Shown here one piece after another: positions 37,311-48,088 of a stretch of DNA of 64,000 nucleotides. The stretch is from an uncultured Bacteriovoracaceae bacterium. Its GTDB lineage: Bacteria; Bdellovibrionota; UBA1018; UBA923. The position numbers were made by a program, and so were the translations under genes. Where the stretch lies: assembly GCA_964572865.1 (NCBI GenBank), contig CAZNGN010000001.1:99662-163661 (forward strand), written 5' to 3'. The first letter of the stretch is position 1. Each line of letters starts with the position of its first letter. Under the pieces are notes generated by a model that was not told the DNA's origin, searched no databases, and saw only the letters and a program-made list of their open reading frames with translations.

Positions 37311-37826
37311 ATGTCCAAAATCGCATTCATTTTAGTTTTCTTATTCGCAACACTTAACTCTTATGCTGCAAAGTATTCAATGGGCAGAGGTTCTTCAGAA
37401 TATTCGAGCAGTCGATCATATGGAAGTTCATCTGCTGGTGGACATATGACTATGGATATTAGTGCACTTTATGTAAGAGATACAAAGCCTGATGGATTAA
37501 ATGATTCTGCAGGAAAAGTAAGCTTAGGCGGAATGTTTACAAGTGTAATTGGTTTAGATTTTGTTGGAATGCTTGCGAGTAAATCAAAAGATTATATGGT
37601 TGGTGCTGATTTGAAGATTATGCCAACAGACTGGTTTTTTCTAAAAGGTGGTTACGGAGCGTATGCTGAAAAAACCACAAAAACGTTTAAAGCGACACCA
37701 ATTATTGGAACTGGAATTATGGCAAATCTAGGCGACGGTTATTATTTAACTTCTGAGTTTATGTATTTTGAAAAAGCCGATCGTAAGAATGTAGGAATTG
37801 GTGCAGGCTTAGGGATATCATTCTAA
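37311..37826 (+). CDS. Small outer-membrane beta-barrel-like protein (signal peptide, C-terminal Phe)
   Basis: RBS AAGGAGGA. Signal peptide MSKIAFILVFLFATLNSYA; alternating hydrophobic pattern throughout, and the protein ends ...GIGAGLGISF. Confidence 0.45.
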   Translation: MSKIAFILVFLFATLNSYAAKYSMGRGSSEYSSSRSYGSSSAGGHMTMDISALYVRDTKPDGLNDSAGKVSLGGMFTSVIGLDFVGMLASKSKDYMVGADLKIMPTDWFFLKGGYGAYAEKTTKTFKATPIIGTGIMANLGDGYYLTSEFMYFEKADRKNVGIGAGLGISF

Positions 37827-37888
37827 AAAACTAAATAATATCAAGTGTTTAAGTTGAAAAAACTTTAACGCACTATAGCGTTCTTTCT

Positions 37889-37917
37889 TTGACTCATAGT
37901 ATCGTAACTGATATATA
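37889..37917 (+). promoter_or_regulatory. Putative sigma70-type promoter of the giant lipoprotein / MoxR-VWA operon
   Basis: TTGACT (37889-37894), 17-nt spacer, TATATA (37912-37917), 13 nt upstream of the ATG at 37931. The start codon has no obvious Shine-Dalgarno. Confidence 0.35.
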
Positions 37918-37930
37918 AGTTTGCGATATT

Positions 37931-40900
37931 ATGACATTTTCTAATCGTTTAATCTCACAATTACTTTTTGTATTTTTTGTGAACATTTATGTTGGTTGTG
38001 CCCCATCGATTTTTACTGGAGACACCAAAAACGATCTCAATATCAATCAACCCAATTCAACATTTCAATGTACTCCGATTCAACTTCAAAATGATCGATT
38101 GTCTGTAGCTGATTTTAAAAATGCAATTCATTGTATGAATCAAGATCACTCTCTTGATTCGTTTGAAAGTTTTGTAAATGAACTTTCTCAAAATACGATT
38201 TCTGATTTAGTTAGTTACTTAAATGAAAACATTTCGCAGCATCCTGATAAAATAAATTATTGGAATTCTTTACTATCAGATGTGTTTTTAAAAACTCTTG
38301 CTCCGTTATTTAAAAATCAAAATTTTGTTGAAGGATTATTGGGAATTATTTCTCAAATGGATGATCGCGCGAGAAATGCATTTTATATTTTATTAACAGA
38401 TGGTGATCTAGAGCAAAACATAAATTCATTTTTAGAGTTTTTAATTAAAGTGACTGATTGGGAATCATTTAAAGAAATAAGTTCGGCATTTTCAAAACCA
38501 ATACATTCATCAAAACTTACTTTGAACGAAATGACCAACAATGCACTTTTATATTTTAAAGCCAAGACCAATCAAGATGCAGATTACATGAGTGTAATTT
38601 GGAACGGAATTTTAAATCATAGCTTTCAAAAAGGAATTCAAGCGTATTTTGGTAAAGACATTGATATGCAAGTTCAAAAATTGAATGAACTGATAGAATA
38701 TTTACATATCGACCAAAAAAAGGATGTGTATCCAAAGTTAAGAGATGTGTTTTTTGCATTCAATCGCTCTATGAGTTGTTATCAGTCAACAAAGAGTTCA
38801 CTCAACGGTGATATGCATATATTTGAAAAATTAAATGAAGTTTCTGATGAGATCTCACCAACTGATTTTGTATTTAGTGAATATATGAAATTTGCAATTA
38901 CAGATGCGGTTTGTAAGATCCCACAACAGGCAAATGTGTTTAAGTATGTATTGGATGGATTCGCTAACGATCGCGACGGTCGGGTTTTGAGAACTTCGAT
39001 TGATTTCGTAAAAGCAATGACGATTGCTGATGGAAAAACTGAAAAATTTAGAAGGTTATTAATCGATGCAATGTCAGATCGCAATGAGTATAATGCTGTA
39101 TTTGGTTTAGAAGAACCAATTGCTGAATGGATATCTTCAGATAAAAGAGTAGTTGAAAATATTCTGTATTTTATAAATGCGTTGATGCAACCAGAGATTT
39201 TAAAGGATCTGAATGCATTCGTAAAAAAATATATTAAACCAAGAGATGAGTTAGGTAAAAAATCAATTCAAGAAAGTTTATTTGATGTTTCAAAACTAAA
39301 TGCAAATCATTTTTTTAAACTTGTGAAAGGGATATCAGAGTTTTCTTCTGATACAAAGTTTGAGTTACGAAATACGCTTGTATCTATGCTCAAAATAATT
39401 CGCACAGACTCTCAACATGAAGTTATAAATGTAATTCAATCGTGGCTTAGACGTGCTGTTGATTCAAAAGATCAAATCATTCAGCTGCCATCATTCTACA
39501 AAGCGATTCACTTATTTGCTGAAATGTCTGAAAATGGAAAATTAAGAGATTTTTTAAATAATTTGCAAAAAATGATTGGCAGAAAATCTACAAAAATTGA
39601 ACTGAATATTTACGAGTCAACCGTTAAGCAATTTGAAAGTAAAGTGATTCATTTAAGTACAAAATCGCAGAAAAAGTGGATTCGACCTAAATATAAACAG
39701 ATTTCCATTTTAGATAAATGCGGAAATGTTTCAATCGGATTTGATTATTTAAATGCAAACCAAGATCAACTCGAGAGACAAATGAATAGCCTTGCTTTAT
39801 GTTTAAATGCTCAAGGCAAGTCAAATGAATTGCAGAACTTATTTGATTCATTGGCCGACATTAAAAGCAATCATTCAGGGCTACTAATAGAACTTAGAAA
39901 TTTTATTAATACGATCATGAAAGATCGAGTTAGTGTAGATTTGATCAGTGATTTGTTTTTCAAAAATATAAATCAAGAACAATCTTCTGCATTATCAAAA
40001 ATGATATTCGATAGCTTTGAAAATAATTATTCAAAAGGTTCTTTGTCTGAATTATTTTTAAAATATTTACAGTTTCAAAGAAGCAATCTAACTCAAAATG
40101 ATTGGAACCATTTAATTTCGTTGTTTTCGAATTTAGTGTTAGATGAACAGCATAATTCTGTAGATGCCGACTTATTAATGTCGCTAAGATTACATTTAGT
40201 GCAAGATGAAAAGAAAAGAATCGCACCTACAAAAGTAATTCCAAATTTAGAAAAAGTTAGAAATGATTTTTTTAGTTTAGAATATAAAAACAATAAAAAC
40301 ACTTCTGATGCTGCAAATGATTATAAGATTCAATTGAATGATTATTTTAACAATATACAAAACGGAAATCGCAAAAAAACGTATCAAAATTATGACGAGT
40401 ATCTGCGTACAATAAAACCACTTTTCAACCGCTTGGCTGAAAAGAATTTGAATATTGCAAAAAGTTTACTTTTGTTTTTTGCTAAAATAGATTCTACTTC
40501 TTTCAGTAGCAGTTATGTTAACCAATGGCTTTCTAGAACGAGTGGAAATGTAAGGGCAATTGAGTATTATTTTGAAAATCAAATACCAGATAAAGATGAG
40601 CCAACCATTATTTTAGTGAATGATTTAGATTTACTAGAATTGGTTGCGCGAAATGCTGACTTTACATTGAATCAACTCGGACAAATTGGTGGTTCTATAA
40701 TCGAAGATCCAGATACAAATTTTGCGATTAAATATTTCACTGAATTAGCACTTTCTGAAAATAAATTGAGTGAATTTGTTGAAGAAACAAATTCAGAATT
40801 TAAAAAATATAATCGATGGGTAAATCTGCCTGGATCAGGCATCATTATTAAACCAGAGCTTAAGCGTAGAATCGTTAATTTAAATAATGTTCTGCCTATT

Positions 40901-41872
40901 CTTTCAGATTTGGTAAATCGAAAAGATGTCCGATCTGGTGTAAATGATTTACAAATATTACAAAAATTATTTTATTCAACACTTACCGTTATGAAGAGTG
41001 CAGATTGGAATTTATATAACCGAAATACGCACTCTTTGGGTTTGATTGTAGATTTGGCCGAAGCTGGTATCTTTCGAATGTTTTCAACTTCATTGTGGAT
41101 AGAGAAAAATAAAAATAGTACTTCCGTTTCGACAGAAAGAGCCATTCAATTTATTTCTGAATTATCAAAATCTCAAAACACAAATAGAATATTAGAATCT
41201 TTGTTAATTAATGATCCTTCTCAATCCAAATTGAATGAATTGTTTAAAGTAATGTATGCAATTCATAATTTATCAAAAAATGAAAAATATAATTTGGGTG
41301 AAAATGCATATAAATTAATTCTAAAGATCGATCTTAAAAAAGATTTAGACTCTATTCTTGATATTTTGAATCGAAGTTTACAGTTCAAAAATGAAAAAAT
41401 TTCAAATAATTTTGATTATTTTAGATTACTTAAAGGCATTTCAAATAATTCAATCCAATTTTATGAAACAGATTTGCTCATTCTTAGAAAATTATTTAGA
41501 TCCTTAAAACCTGATCAAACATTGAGGGCAGTATTAAAATGGGTATTCATGTCGATTGAAAGTGAAAATAATTCGTTTTGGGATTTAACTGAGGATTTAA
41601 AAATTTATTTGAGTACTCATAGGTCAGAAGTGTTGTTGCTTAAAAACTGGATACTCAATGATGCAGATTCAATTAAGATCATAGAAAGTGTTTTAAAAGC
41701 GATTGCTGTGCAAGTGAATGACCCAAATTTTCATGAAATATTTGATGTTATACTGCGTAATCCATCTGCGTTTTGTCGCAAGTTTGAAATTTTAGCTACT
41801 CCTAAACTACAAGATGATTTCAGAGCACTGCTTAAAGAATTAAGTCAGGGGTTGGTTGATTCCTATCCTTAA
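37931..41872 (+). CDS. Giant (1313 aa) predicted lipoprotein, alpha-helical, no recognisable domain
   Basis: Uninterrupted 3.9-kb ORF. N-terminal MTFSNRLISQLLFVFFVNIYVGCAP is a signal peptide with lipobox (VGC). Leu/Asn/Lys/Ser-rich helical composition throughout. 48 nt upstream of moxR. Confidence 0.7.
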   Translation: MTFSNRLISQLLFVFFVNIYVGCAPSIFTGDTKNDLNINQPNSTFQCTPIQLQNDRLSVADFKNAIHCMNQDHSLDSFESFVNELSQNTISDLVSYLNENISQHPDKINYWNSLLSDVFLKTLAPLFKNQNFVEGLLGIISQMDDRARNAFYILLTDGDLEQNINSFLEFLIKVTDWESFKEISSAFSKPIHSSKLTLNEMTNNALLYFKAKTNQDADYMSVIWNGILNHSFQKGIQAYFGKDIDMQVQKLNELIEYLHIDQKKDVYPKLRDVFFAFNRSMSCYQSTKSSLNGDMHIFEKLNEVSDEISPTDFVFSEYMKFAITDAVCKIPQQANVFKYVLDGFANDRDGRVLRTSIDFVKAMTIADGKTEKFRRLLIDAMSDRNEYNAVFGLEEPIAEWISSDKRVVENILYFINALMQPEILKDLNAFVKKYIKPRDELGKKSIQESLFDVSKLNANHFFKLVKGISEFSSDTKFELRNTLVSMLKIIRTDSQHEVINVIQSWLRRAVDSKDQIIQLPSFYKAIHLFAEMSENGKLRDFLNNLQKMIGRKSTKIELNIYESTVKQFESKVIHLSTKSQKKWIRPKYKQISILDKCGNVSIGFDYLNANQDQLERQMNSLALCLNAQGKSNELQNLFDSLADIKSNHSGLLIELRNFINTIMKDRVSVDLISDLFFKNINQEQSSALSKMIFDSFENNYSKGSLSELFLKYLQFQRSNLTQNDWNHLISLFSNLVLDEQHNSVDADLLMSLRLHLVQDEKKRIAPTKVIPNLEKVRNDFFSLEYKNNKNTSDAANDYKIQLNDYFNNIQNGNRKKTYQNYDEYLRTIKPLFNRLAEKNLNIAKSLLLFFAKIDSTSFSSSYVNQWLSRTSGNVRAIEYYFENQIPDKDEPTIILVNDLDLLELVARNADFTLNQLGQIGGSIIEDPDTNFAIKYFTELALSENKLSEFVEETNSEFKKYNRWVNLPGSGIIIKPELKRRIVNLNNVLPILSDLVNRKDVRSGVNDLQILQKLFYSTLTVMKSADWNLYNRNTHSLGLIVDLAEAGIFRMFSTSLWIEKNKNSTSVSTERAIQFISELSKSQNTNRILESLLINDPSQSKLNELFKVMYAIHNLSKNEKYNLGENAYKLILKIDLKKDLDSILDILNRSLQFKNEKISNNFDYFRLLKGISNNSIQFYETDLLILRKLFRSLKPDQTLRAVLKWVFMSIESENNSFWDLTEDLKIYLSTHRSEVLLLKNWILNDADSIKIIESVLKAIAVQVNDPNFHEIFDVILRNPSAFCRKFEILATPKLQDDFRALLKELSQGLVDSYP

Positions 41873-41919
41873 AAATCAATGGTAGTATTTCAACACTACT
41901 ATTTTTTTAAGGAGAACGT

Positions 41920-42909
41920 ATGTCGATTGATGTGAATGCAATTACTGAGAAGGTAAGAGCAAATTCTAAATTTACTCAAGATTTAATCAGCGAAGTATCA
42001 AATGTAGTTGTTGGCCAAAGAACGATGGTTGAACGAATCATCATGGCATTGATTTGTGACGGGCATATTTTGCTAGAAGGTTATCCTGGCTTAGCGAAAA
42101 CACTTACAATCAAAACTGTGTCTGATGCAATTAGTGTAGATTTTCAAAGAATACAATTTACTCCAGATTTATTACCATCTGATTTGATTGGAACAATTAT
42201 TTATAATCAAAAAACGGGTGAGTTTACTCCTAAATTAGGTCCTATCCATTCAAATATTATTTTAGCGGATGAAATCAACCGCGCACCTGCAAAAGTTCAA
42301 TCTGCATTATTAGAAGCAATGGCAGAAAAGCAAGTTACCATTGGCGATCATACGTATAAGCTAAAAGATCCGTTTATTGTTTTAGCAACTCAAAACCCGA
42401 TTGAACAAGAGGGAACTTATAATCTTCCTGAAGCGCAATTGGATCGATTTATGTTTAAAATTAAAGTTCCGTATCCAACGATCAATGAAGAGAAGAAAAT
42501 TTTAGATAGAATGACAGCGATTTCAAATCCGAAAGCAAGAAAAGTAATCAATTCGGATGTAATCTTAAATGCTCGTCAGGTCGTTGCTTCAATTTATATG
42601 GATGAAAAAATTAAAGATTATATTTTATCAGTTGTGTTTGCTTCACGTTTTCCAGAAAAATATGGATTGAGTGATTTAAAAGGCATGATTCAAATTGGAG
42701 CGAGTCCGCGTGCAACAATTTATCTCGCAAAAGCTGCGAGAGCTTCCGCTTTCTTGGCGGGTAAGGGATTTGTGACCCCTGAAGATGTAAAGACAATTGC
42801 ATATGATGTTTTAAGACACAGAATCATGGTGACATACGAAGCACAGGCCGCCGAAATGAACAGTGAAGCTGTAATTAAAAGAATTTTAGATCGTATCGAA
42901 GTGCCATAA
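41920..42909 (+). CDS. MoxR-family AAA+ ATPase
   Basis: GHILLEGYPGLAKTLTIKTVS Walker A in MoxR context; Walker B IILADEINRAPAKVQSALLEAMAE; 329 aa. Confidence 0.85.
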   Translation: MSIDVNAITEKVRANSKFTQDLISEVSNVVVGQRTMVERIIMALICDGHILLEGYPGLAKTLTIKTVSDAISVDFQRIQFTPDLLPSDLIGTIIYNQKTGEFTPKLGPIHSNIILADEINRAPAKVQSALLEAMAEKQVTIGDHTYKLKDPFIVLATQNPIEQEGTYNLPEAQLDRFMFKIKVPYPTINEEKKILDRMTAISNPKARKVINSDVILNARQVVASIYMDEKIKDYILSVVFASRFPEKYGLSDLKGMIQIGASPRATIYLAKAARASAFLAGKGFVTPEDVKTIAYDVLRHRIMVTYEAQAAEMNSEAVIKRILDRIEVP

Positions 42910-42933
42910 TACGAAATAAAGGATGAGACACAA

Positions 42934-43812
42934 ATGTCGAATCGTTCTGAAGAAATTCTTAAAAAAGTTAGAAAAATAGAAATTTCTACTCGTAAGACAG
43001 TAGATACAATGCTTTCAGGTCAATATCACACAAGGTTTAAGGGCCAAGGAATGCAGTTTTCTGACTTTAGAGAATATGCTCCCGGAGATGACATTCGACA
43101 TATTGATTGGAAAGTAACAGCGCGTACTTCATTAGCGCATATTCGAAAATTTGAAGAAGAGCGAGACCTAACTGTTTATATTGTCGTTGATATTTCCAAG
43201 AGTGGAATTTTTGGTTCAATTGATAAAACAAAATTCGATGCGATGGTTGAAATTTGTGCGCTCTTATCTTTTGCTGCGATTAAAAATAATGACAAAGTTG
43301 GATTGATTATGTTTGCAGATAAAATTGTAAAACACATTCCGCCTAAAAAAGGACATGCGCATGCGATGCGCTTGGTTACAGAGTTGTTGCATCAAGAAGA
43401 TGAGCATTCGGGAACCAACATTAAAAAAGCACTCGACTTTGTATCAGAAAATGCGAAACATTCAGGAGTTATTTTTATTGCATCTGATTTTTTTGATTCA
43501 GGTTACGAAAAGTCATTGCGTAGATTAGGCAAAAAACACGATGTAATCGCTTTGAGAGTAAATGATCAGCGAGAAACAAATTTGCCAAGTATCGGTAAAG
43601 TGCAAGTACAAGATGCAGAAACGGGAGAGTTGTTTTTGATAGACACTTCTTCTTCTCATTTTATGCAAGAATTAAAATTAAAAACGAAAGAATTTAATCG
43701 AGAATTAGACGAGATTTTTTTGAAAGCAAATGTTGATCGAATCGACGTAATGACGAATGAAGATTATTTTTCGAAAGTTGTAACTTATTTTAGGGCCCGT
43801 AAAAGAAAATGA
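42934..43812 (+). CDS. DUF58 domain protein (MoxR-partner, vWA-like)
   Basis: FSDFREYAPGDDIRHIDWKVTARTSLAHIRKFEEERDLTVYIVVDIS is the DUF58 hallmark. Confidence 0.8.
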   Translation: MSNRSEEILKKVRKIEISTRKTVDTMLSGQYHTRFKGQGMQFSDFREYAPGDDIRHIDWKVTARTSLAHIRKFEEERDLTVYIVVDISKSGIFGSIDKTKFDAMVEICALLSFAAIKNNDKVGLIMFADKIVKHIPPKKGHAHAMRLVTELLHQEDEHSGTNIKKALDFVSENAKHSGVIFIASDFFDSGYEKSLRRLGKKHDVIALRVNDQRETNLPSIGKVQVQDAETGELFLIDTSSSHFMQELKLKTKEFNRELDEIFLKANVDRIDVMTNEDYFSKVVTYFRARKRK

Positions 43813-44780
43813 TTAAAATAATTTCAGTATTATTTTTCGCATTATTTTTAAATGCACAAGATAAACAAGATCAAAGCACGCTTGGCATTCCACATGCAAT
43901 GTCTGCGTTGGAAGTTGAAAATGGCAAAAAGCTCACTGCAGGAGATTTAGTAATTTTAGAAGTAACCCCTTTTAACCAGTCTCAAGATGCAGTTCCTGAA
44001 ATTATTCAGAAAGATTTGAAAACTCCTGTGGATTGGGGAGAGGGTAAACTCCTGTGGTTTAAGCCATTTGATGCTTCAACTGGTAAAATTAAATTAGGAT
44101 TCACCTCTTATACGCCTGGAGTTTTTCAAATAAAACCTATGGTTTTTGTACGAAAAGATTCTGGGGAGAAATTATTTGTAACCGATCTAAAAACTGTAGA
44201 GTTTGAATCGGTAGGTGGTGATAAGAAAAAAGATGATATCTATCCACCCGGTTACGTTGAAATTCCATTGTGGATGTGGATACTTTTGAGTGTTTTATTT
44301 TTAGTGATGACCTTATTTGTTTTAAGAGCGATACAAAAAATCAGAAAAAAGAAAAAAGAGTTAGAATTAAATTTAGACTCAGCAGAAAATTTAAATCCGA
44401 TCGAAGAGTTTGAGAAACAAAGAATTCGCATTGAAGATAAATCGTATGTAGATCGCGGACAATTCAAGCCACATTACTTTGAATATTCTGAGGCATTTAA
44501 ACGATTTTTAGCTAGAGCGTATCATTTTGATGCTCAAGATAAAACTACTAGAGAATTGAAAGAAGCACTTAAAGAGATAGAAGTAAGTGCATCCTTAATT
44601 GAGCGTTGGCAAAAGATCTCAGAAGAAATGGATGTAGTTAAATTTACTGACCAAACTCCACCCATAGATCAAGCGAAAGAATTGTCTAAAATATTATCTT
44701 CAATCGTATTAAGCTTTTGGAACGTAAGTCCTGAGGCTCGAGAATTAAAAGAATTGGCGAGAAAAAAGAATGCGATTTAA
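43809..44780 (+). CDS. Hypothetical secreted protein with single TM helix (Bat-operon member)
   Basis: ATGA overlap with the DUF58 stop. Signal peptide MIKIISVLFFALFLNAQD; TM helix IPLWMWILLSVLFLVMTLFVL followed by KKKKELE. Confidence 0.55.
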   Translation: MIKIISVLFFALFLNAQDKQDQSTLGIPHAMSALEVENGKKLTAGDLVILEVTPFNQSQDAVPEIIQKDLKTPVDWGEGKLLWFKPFDASTGKIKLGFTSYTPGVFQIKPMVFVRKDSGEKLFVTDLKTVEFESVGGDKKKDDIYPPGYVEIPLWMWILLSVLFLVMTLFVLRAIQKIRKKKKELELNLDSAENLNPIEEFEKQRIRIEDKSYVDRGQFKPHYFEYSEAFKRFLARAYHFDAQDKTTRELKEALKEIEVSASLIERWQKISEEMDVVKFTDQTPPIDQAKELSKILSSIVLSFWNVSPEARELKELARKKNAI

Positions 44781-45780
44781 AGATACAGCATATTTTCTAT
44801 TTTTAATCCCAGTTGCGATTGCCATTTTGAAGGCATGGTGGGATATGGTGAAAAGAAAAAAGATTCCTCGCTTTTCTGTGCCATGGAAAAAAATTTGGAA
44901 TTACAAAAATGTCGTTCAAAATATACCCCCAAGATTCATTCATCAGTTAGGCTATTCAATCGCTATTCTATTTTTCATTGTAGCGCTCGCTAGGCCACAA
45001 ACTAGTTTTCAAAAAATAAGAAAAAATGTCGAAGGAATTGATATCATGCTTGTACTTGATATTTCGGCAAGTATGAGAATTGAAGATTTTAGAGATAGTA
45101 ATCGAATCGAAACAGCAAAAGAAATAATCAAAGAATTTATTCAAGGCCGTAGCTCAGATAAAATTGGTTTAGAAATATTTTCGGGAGAACCTGTAACGCT
45201 TGTACCTCCAACATTGGATTATCCAGTTCTGATTCAAGCTTTAAGTAGTGTTGAAATTGGAGATTTAAAAGATGGTACTGCAATTGGAGATGCTCTAGCT
45301 GCAGCGGTTGGAAGGCTGAAAGAAAGTACTGCAAAAAGTAGAGTTATGATTTTAGTGACGGATGGTGATAGTAACATTGGCCAAGTGGATCCACTCACGG
45401 GTGGAGAATTGGCAAAAGGATTTGGAATTAAAGTTTATACAATTGCCATTGGAAGAAATGGTAGAGTTGCAATGCCGTTTGTTACGAAAGATGTTTTTGG
45501 TAGAAAAGTAAAATCTTATCAGTACTTTGATAGTTCAATTAATCCAGATTTATTAAAACAAATTTCAAGTATGACAAATGCCAAGCATTACCGAGTTGAA
45601 GATGATGTAAAACAATTCAGAGATGTTTTTCATGAAATCGATCAGTTAGAGCGAACAAAGATCGAAACTACAGAACAAACGAAATATGATGAGCATTTTA
45701 TGAAATACATTCAAATGGGCTTAATCATTCTACTTATTACATTTTTGTATCAATTTACTTTGGGGAGAGTGTTTCCATGA
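44770..45780 (+). CDS. VWA domain membrane protein, BatA-like
   Basis: Two N-terminal TM helices. MIDAS motif region GIDIMLVLDISASM and VTDGDSN; overlaps the upstream gene by 11 nt. Confidence 0.75.
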   Translation: MRFKDTAYFLFLIPVAIAILKAWWDMVKRKKIPRFSVPWKKIWNYKNVVQNIPPRFIHQLGYSIAILFFIVALARPQTSFQKIRKNVEGIDIMLVLDISASMRIEDFRDSNRIETAKEIIKEFIQGRSSDKIGLEIFSGEPVTLVPPTLDYPVLIQALSSVEIGDLKDGTAIGDALAAAVGRLKESTAKSRVMILVTDGDSNIGQVDPLTGGELAKGFGIKVYTIAIGRNGRVAMPFVTKDVFGRKVKSYQYFDSSINPDLLKQISSMTNAKHYRVEDDVKQFRDVFHEIDQLERTKIETTEQTKYDEHFMKYIQMGLIILLITFLYQFTLGRVFP

Positions 45781-47534
45781 GATTCTTCGCTCCTCAAATG
45801 TTAGCACTATTAATATTTTGGGCAATCGTTCCTTTCATTGTCGTATTTGCAATGAAAATTTCTCGTAAACAAATTGAAAAAGCTTTTTCTCAGTACATGC
45901 TCGAAAAATTAACGGTTGGACTTTCAAAATCAAAACAAAAAATTAAATTTATTTTAATTTGGATTGCCACTTTCTTTTTTATTCTTGCATTGGCAAGACC
46001 TCAGTTGGGTGTTCACGAAGAAGCGATGCCTTCGCAAGGTTTAGATATTGTATTTTTATTAGATGTTTCGAATAGTATGTTAACTGAAGATATTGTTCCT
46101 AGTAGATTAAAAAAAGCAAAACACATCATTCGAAATTTTGTTGAAAAATTTTCAGGCGATCGAGTCGGTATCGTTGCGTTCGCAGGATCATCGTACCCAG
46201 CAGTGCCACTCACGACAGATTATGAATATATCAAACAAAATTTAGAAGTAATTGATCAAAGCATTATTAAAAATCAAGGTACTGATTTTAAAAAAGCACT
46301 TGAAACTGGCCTATCCATGTTAGATCGGGGCGGTTTAAATGAAATTAGTCAAGAGAATGAATCAGGACAAGGTCATTCAAGAGTGATGATCATTCTAAGT
46401 GACGGAGAAGACAATGAAGGTGAGGAACAGGCTGTTTACCCTTTATTAAAGAAAAAAGGAGTTACCTCTTATTCAATCGGTATAGGCAGTACTAAAGGGG
46501 GGGCCATTCCATTTCGTGATCAAAACGGACAGCTTCAAGGTTATAAAAAAGATCGTTCGAATAATATGGTTCTTTCGAAATTAGAAACGAAAGTATTAGA
46601 AGCGGCAGCATCTCAAACTGGTGGAAAGTATTATAATGCCTCTACGAATGAAGGTGAAGTAGATGAAATTTTGTCATTAGTAAGTGGAATGGATCGTGTT
46701 GAAGGTGCTGGCAAAAGAGTAATGGTATATGAGGAAATTTTTCAAATTCCATTACTAGTAGGTGTAATTCTATTTTTAATTTCGCTTTTTATAAATCCAT
46801 TTAAGTTTAAAATTAAAGAATCAGTTTTAGGAATATTAGCTTTCATTCTTTTGATCGCAAACGCTCAAGCATCAACCTATCAAGAGTATAAAGAATCAAG
46901 TGACGGAGTAAAGGCGTATAAAGAAGGAGATTATTCTGAAGCCATTCGAAAGTTTGGAAATGCGCAAGCTGAAAATCCAGATCAATTGAAACATCATATG
47001 AATTTAGGTGATGCTTTTTATAAATCAGAAAGCTATGAAGCGGCAGCAAGAGAGTTTTTACAAGTATTAAATTCAAAAGACGGTAATGAAGCTGCAAAAG
47101 GTGCGTATAATTTAGGTCGTTCTTTTGAAGGGGCTAAAAACCTAGATGCAGCAATGCAGGCGTATCAAACAGGATTAGACAGACTGCGATCTGAATCAAA
47201 ACCAGATAAAGAAGTAGAAGAGCGAATTAAACGAGCCTTAGAACAAGTTCAGCAACAAAAACAAAAGCAAAAACAAGAACAACAAGATAAAGATAAAAAT
47301 AAAGATCAGGATGAAAATGATCAAAATAAAGATCAAAAAGAAGAAGATAAAAAAGATCAAAAAGAAAAGAAATTTAAAAATCCAAAGCCAAAGTTTAAAG
47401 CTGAAAAAATAGAAGAAGAACAGGCTAAGAAAATTTTAAAACAATTAGGTGAACAAGAGAAAAAAACACAGAAAAAAATGATGCAAAATAAAAATGATAA
47501 AGTGAAAGACGAACCAATTGAGAAGGATTGGTAA
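45777..47534 (+). CDS. VWA + TPR domain protein, BatB-like, with K/D/E/Q-rich low-complexity C-terminal tail
   Basis: TM helices, VWA (LDIVFLLDVSNSM ... ILSDGEDN), TPR-like region (AIRKFGNAQAENPDQLKHHMNLGDAFYKSESYEAAAREFLQVL), then the tail QQKQKQKQEQQDKDKNKDQDENDQNKDQKEEDKKDQKEKKFK. Confidence 0.75.
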   Translation: MRFFAPQMLALLIFWAIVPFIVVFAMKISRKQIEKAFSQYMLEKLTVGLSKSKQKIKFILIWIATFFFILALARPQLGVHEEAMPSQGLDIVFLLDVSNSMLTEDIVPSRLKKAKHIIRNFVEKFSGDRVGIVAFAGSSYPAVPLTTDYEYIKQNLEVIDQSIIKNQGTDFKKALETGLSMLDRGGLNEISQENESGQGHSRVMIILSDGEDNEGEEQAVYPLLKKKGVTSYSIGIGSTKGGAIPFRDQNGQLQGYKKDRSNNMVLSKLETKVLEAAASQTGGKYYNASTNEGEVDEILSLVSGMDRVEGAGKRVMVYEEIFQIPLLVGVILFLISLFINPFKFKIKESVLGILAFILLIANAQASTYQEYKESSDGVKAYKEGDYSEAIRKFGNAQAENPDQLKHHMNLGDAFYKSESYEAAAREFLQVLNSKDGNEAAKGAYNLGRSFEGAKNLDAAMQAYQTGLDRLRSESKPDKEVEERIKRALEQVQQQKQKQKQEQQDKDKNKDQDENDQNKDQKEEDKKDQKEKKFKNPKPKFKAEKIEEEQAKKILKQLGEQEKKTQKKMMQNKNDKVKDEPIEKDW

Positions 47535-48088
47535 TGATTAAAAAAACAATCTTATTCATTTTTCTTTTATCAAACTTTGCGCAAGCAGCATTTTATTTTG
47601 GCGTTGGCGGTGGAGTCGATCAGATTCAATTTTCATCCAATCAATCGTTTCAGTCAGGCAATTATAAAGGTTCAAAAGCCTTCACCGAAGCCTTATTGCA
47701 GACAAAAATATTACCATTCGTAAGTGGGTTCGATTTGTTTGGTGGTTTAAAATATTTAAATGCAAACAACATTGAGTCTACGTTGTCAGAAAAAATTTAT
47801 ATGTGGTCATCTTATTATGGCGCAGACCTTACTTTTTCAGTTTTTTATTTAGGTTTTGCATTTACCCAAAATCACATGAAATTAAAAGTTGGCGGAACAA
47901 ACATTAGTCAAAAATTCAATGCTCCTGAAATTAGAACAGGATTAAAAGTAAATTTAACGCCAAAGTTTTTATTACTTTTAGGGGTAGATTTTGATTTTAC
48001 CAAGTTTTCAATTCCCATTGAATTGAATAATATAGATATGCAATTTCGTGATTTAACAGGAGTAGGAAAGATTTACTTTGCAATATAA
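47528..48088 (+). CDS. Small secreted beta-barrel-like protein inside the Bat-type operon
   Basis: Signal peptide MVMIKKTILFIFLLSNFAQA; alternating pattern; ends GKIYFAI. Overlaps both neighbouring genes. Confidence 0.4.
   Translation: MVMIKKTILFIFLLSNFAQAAFYFGVGGGVDQIQFSSNQSFQSGNYKGSKAFTEALLQTKILPFVSGFDLFGGLKYLNANNIESTLSEKIYMWSSYYGADLTFSVFYLGFAFTQNHMKLKVGGTNISQKFNAPEIRTGLKVNLTPKFLLLLGVDFDFTKFSIPIELNNIDMQFRDLTGVGKIYFAI

Noticed and set aside
41880-41905. Hairpin GTAGT-atttcaac-ACTAC followed by T7 between the giant gene and moxR
   Set aside because: Only a 5-bp AT-rich stem, so at best a leaky attenuator; the 48-nt gap and shared orientation favour co-transcription. Mentioned in the operon finding rather than called as a terminator.
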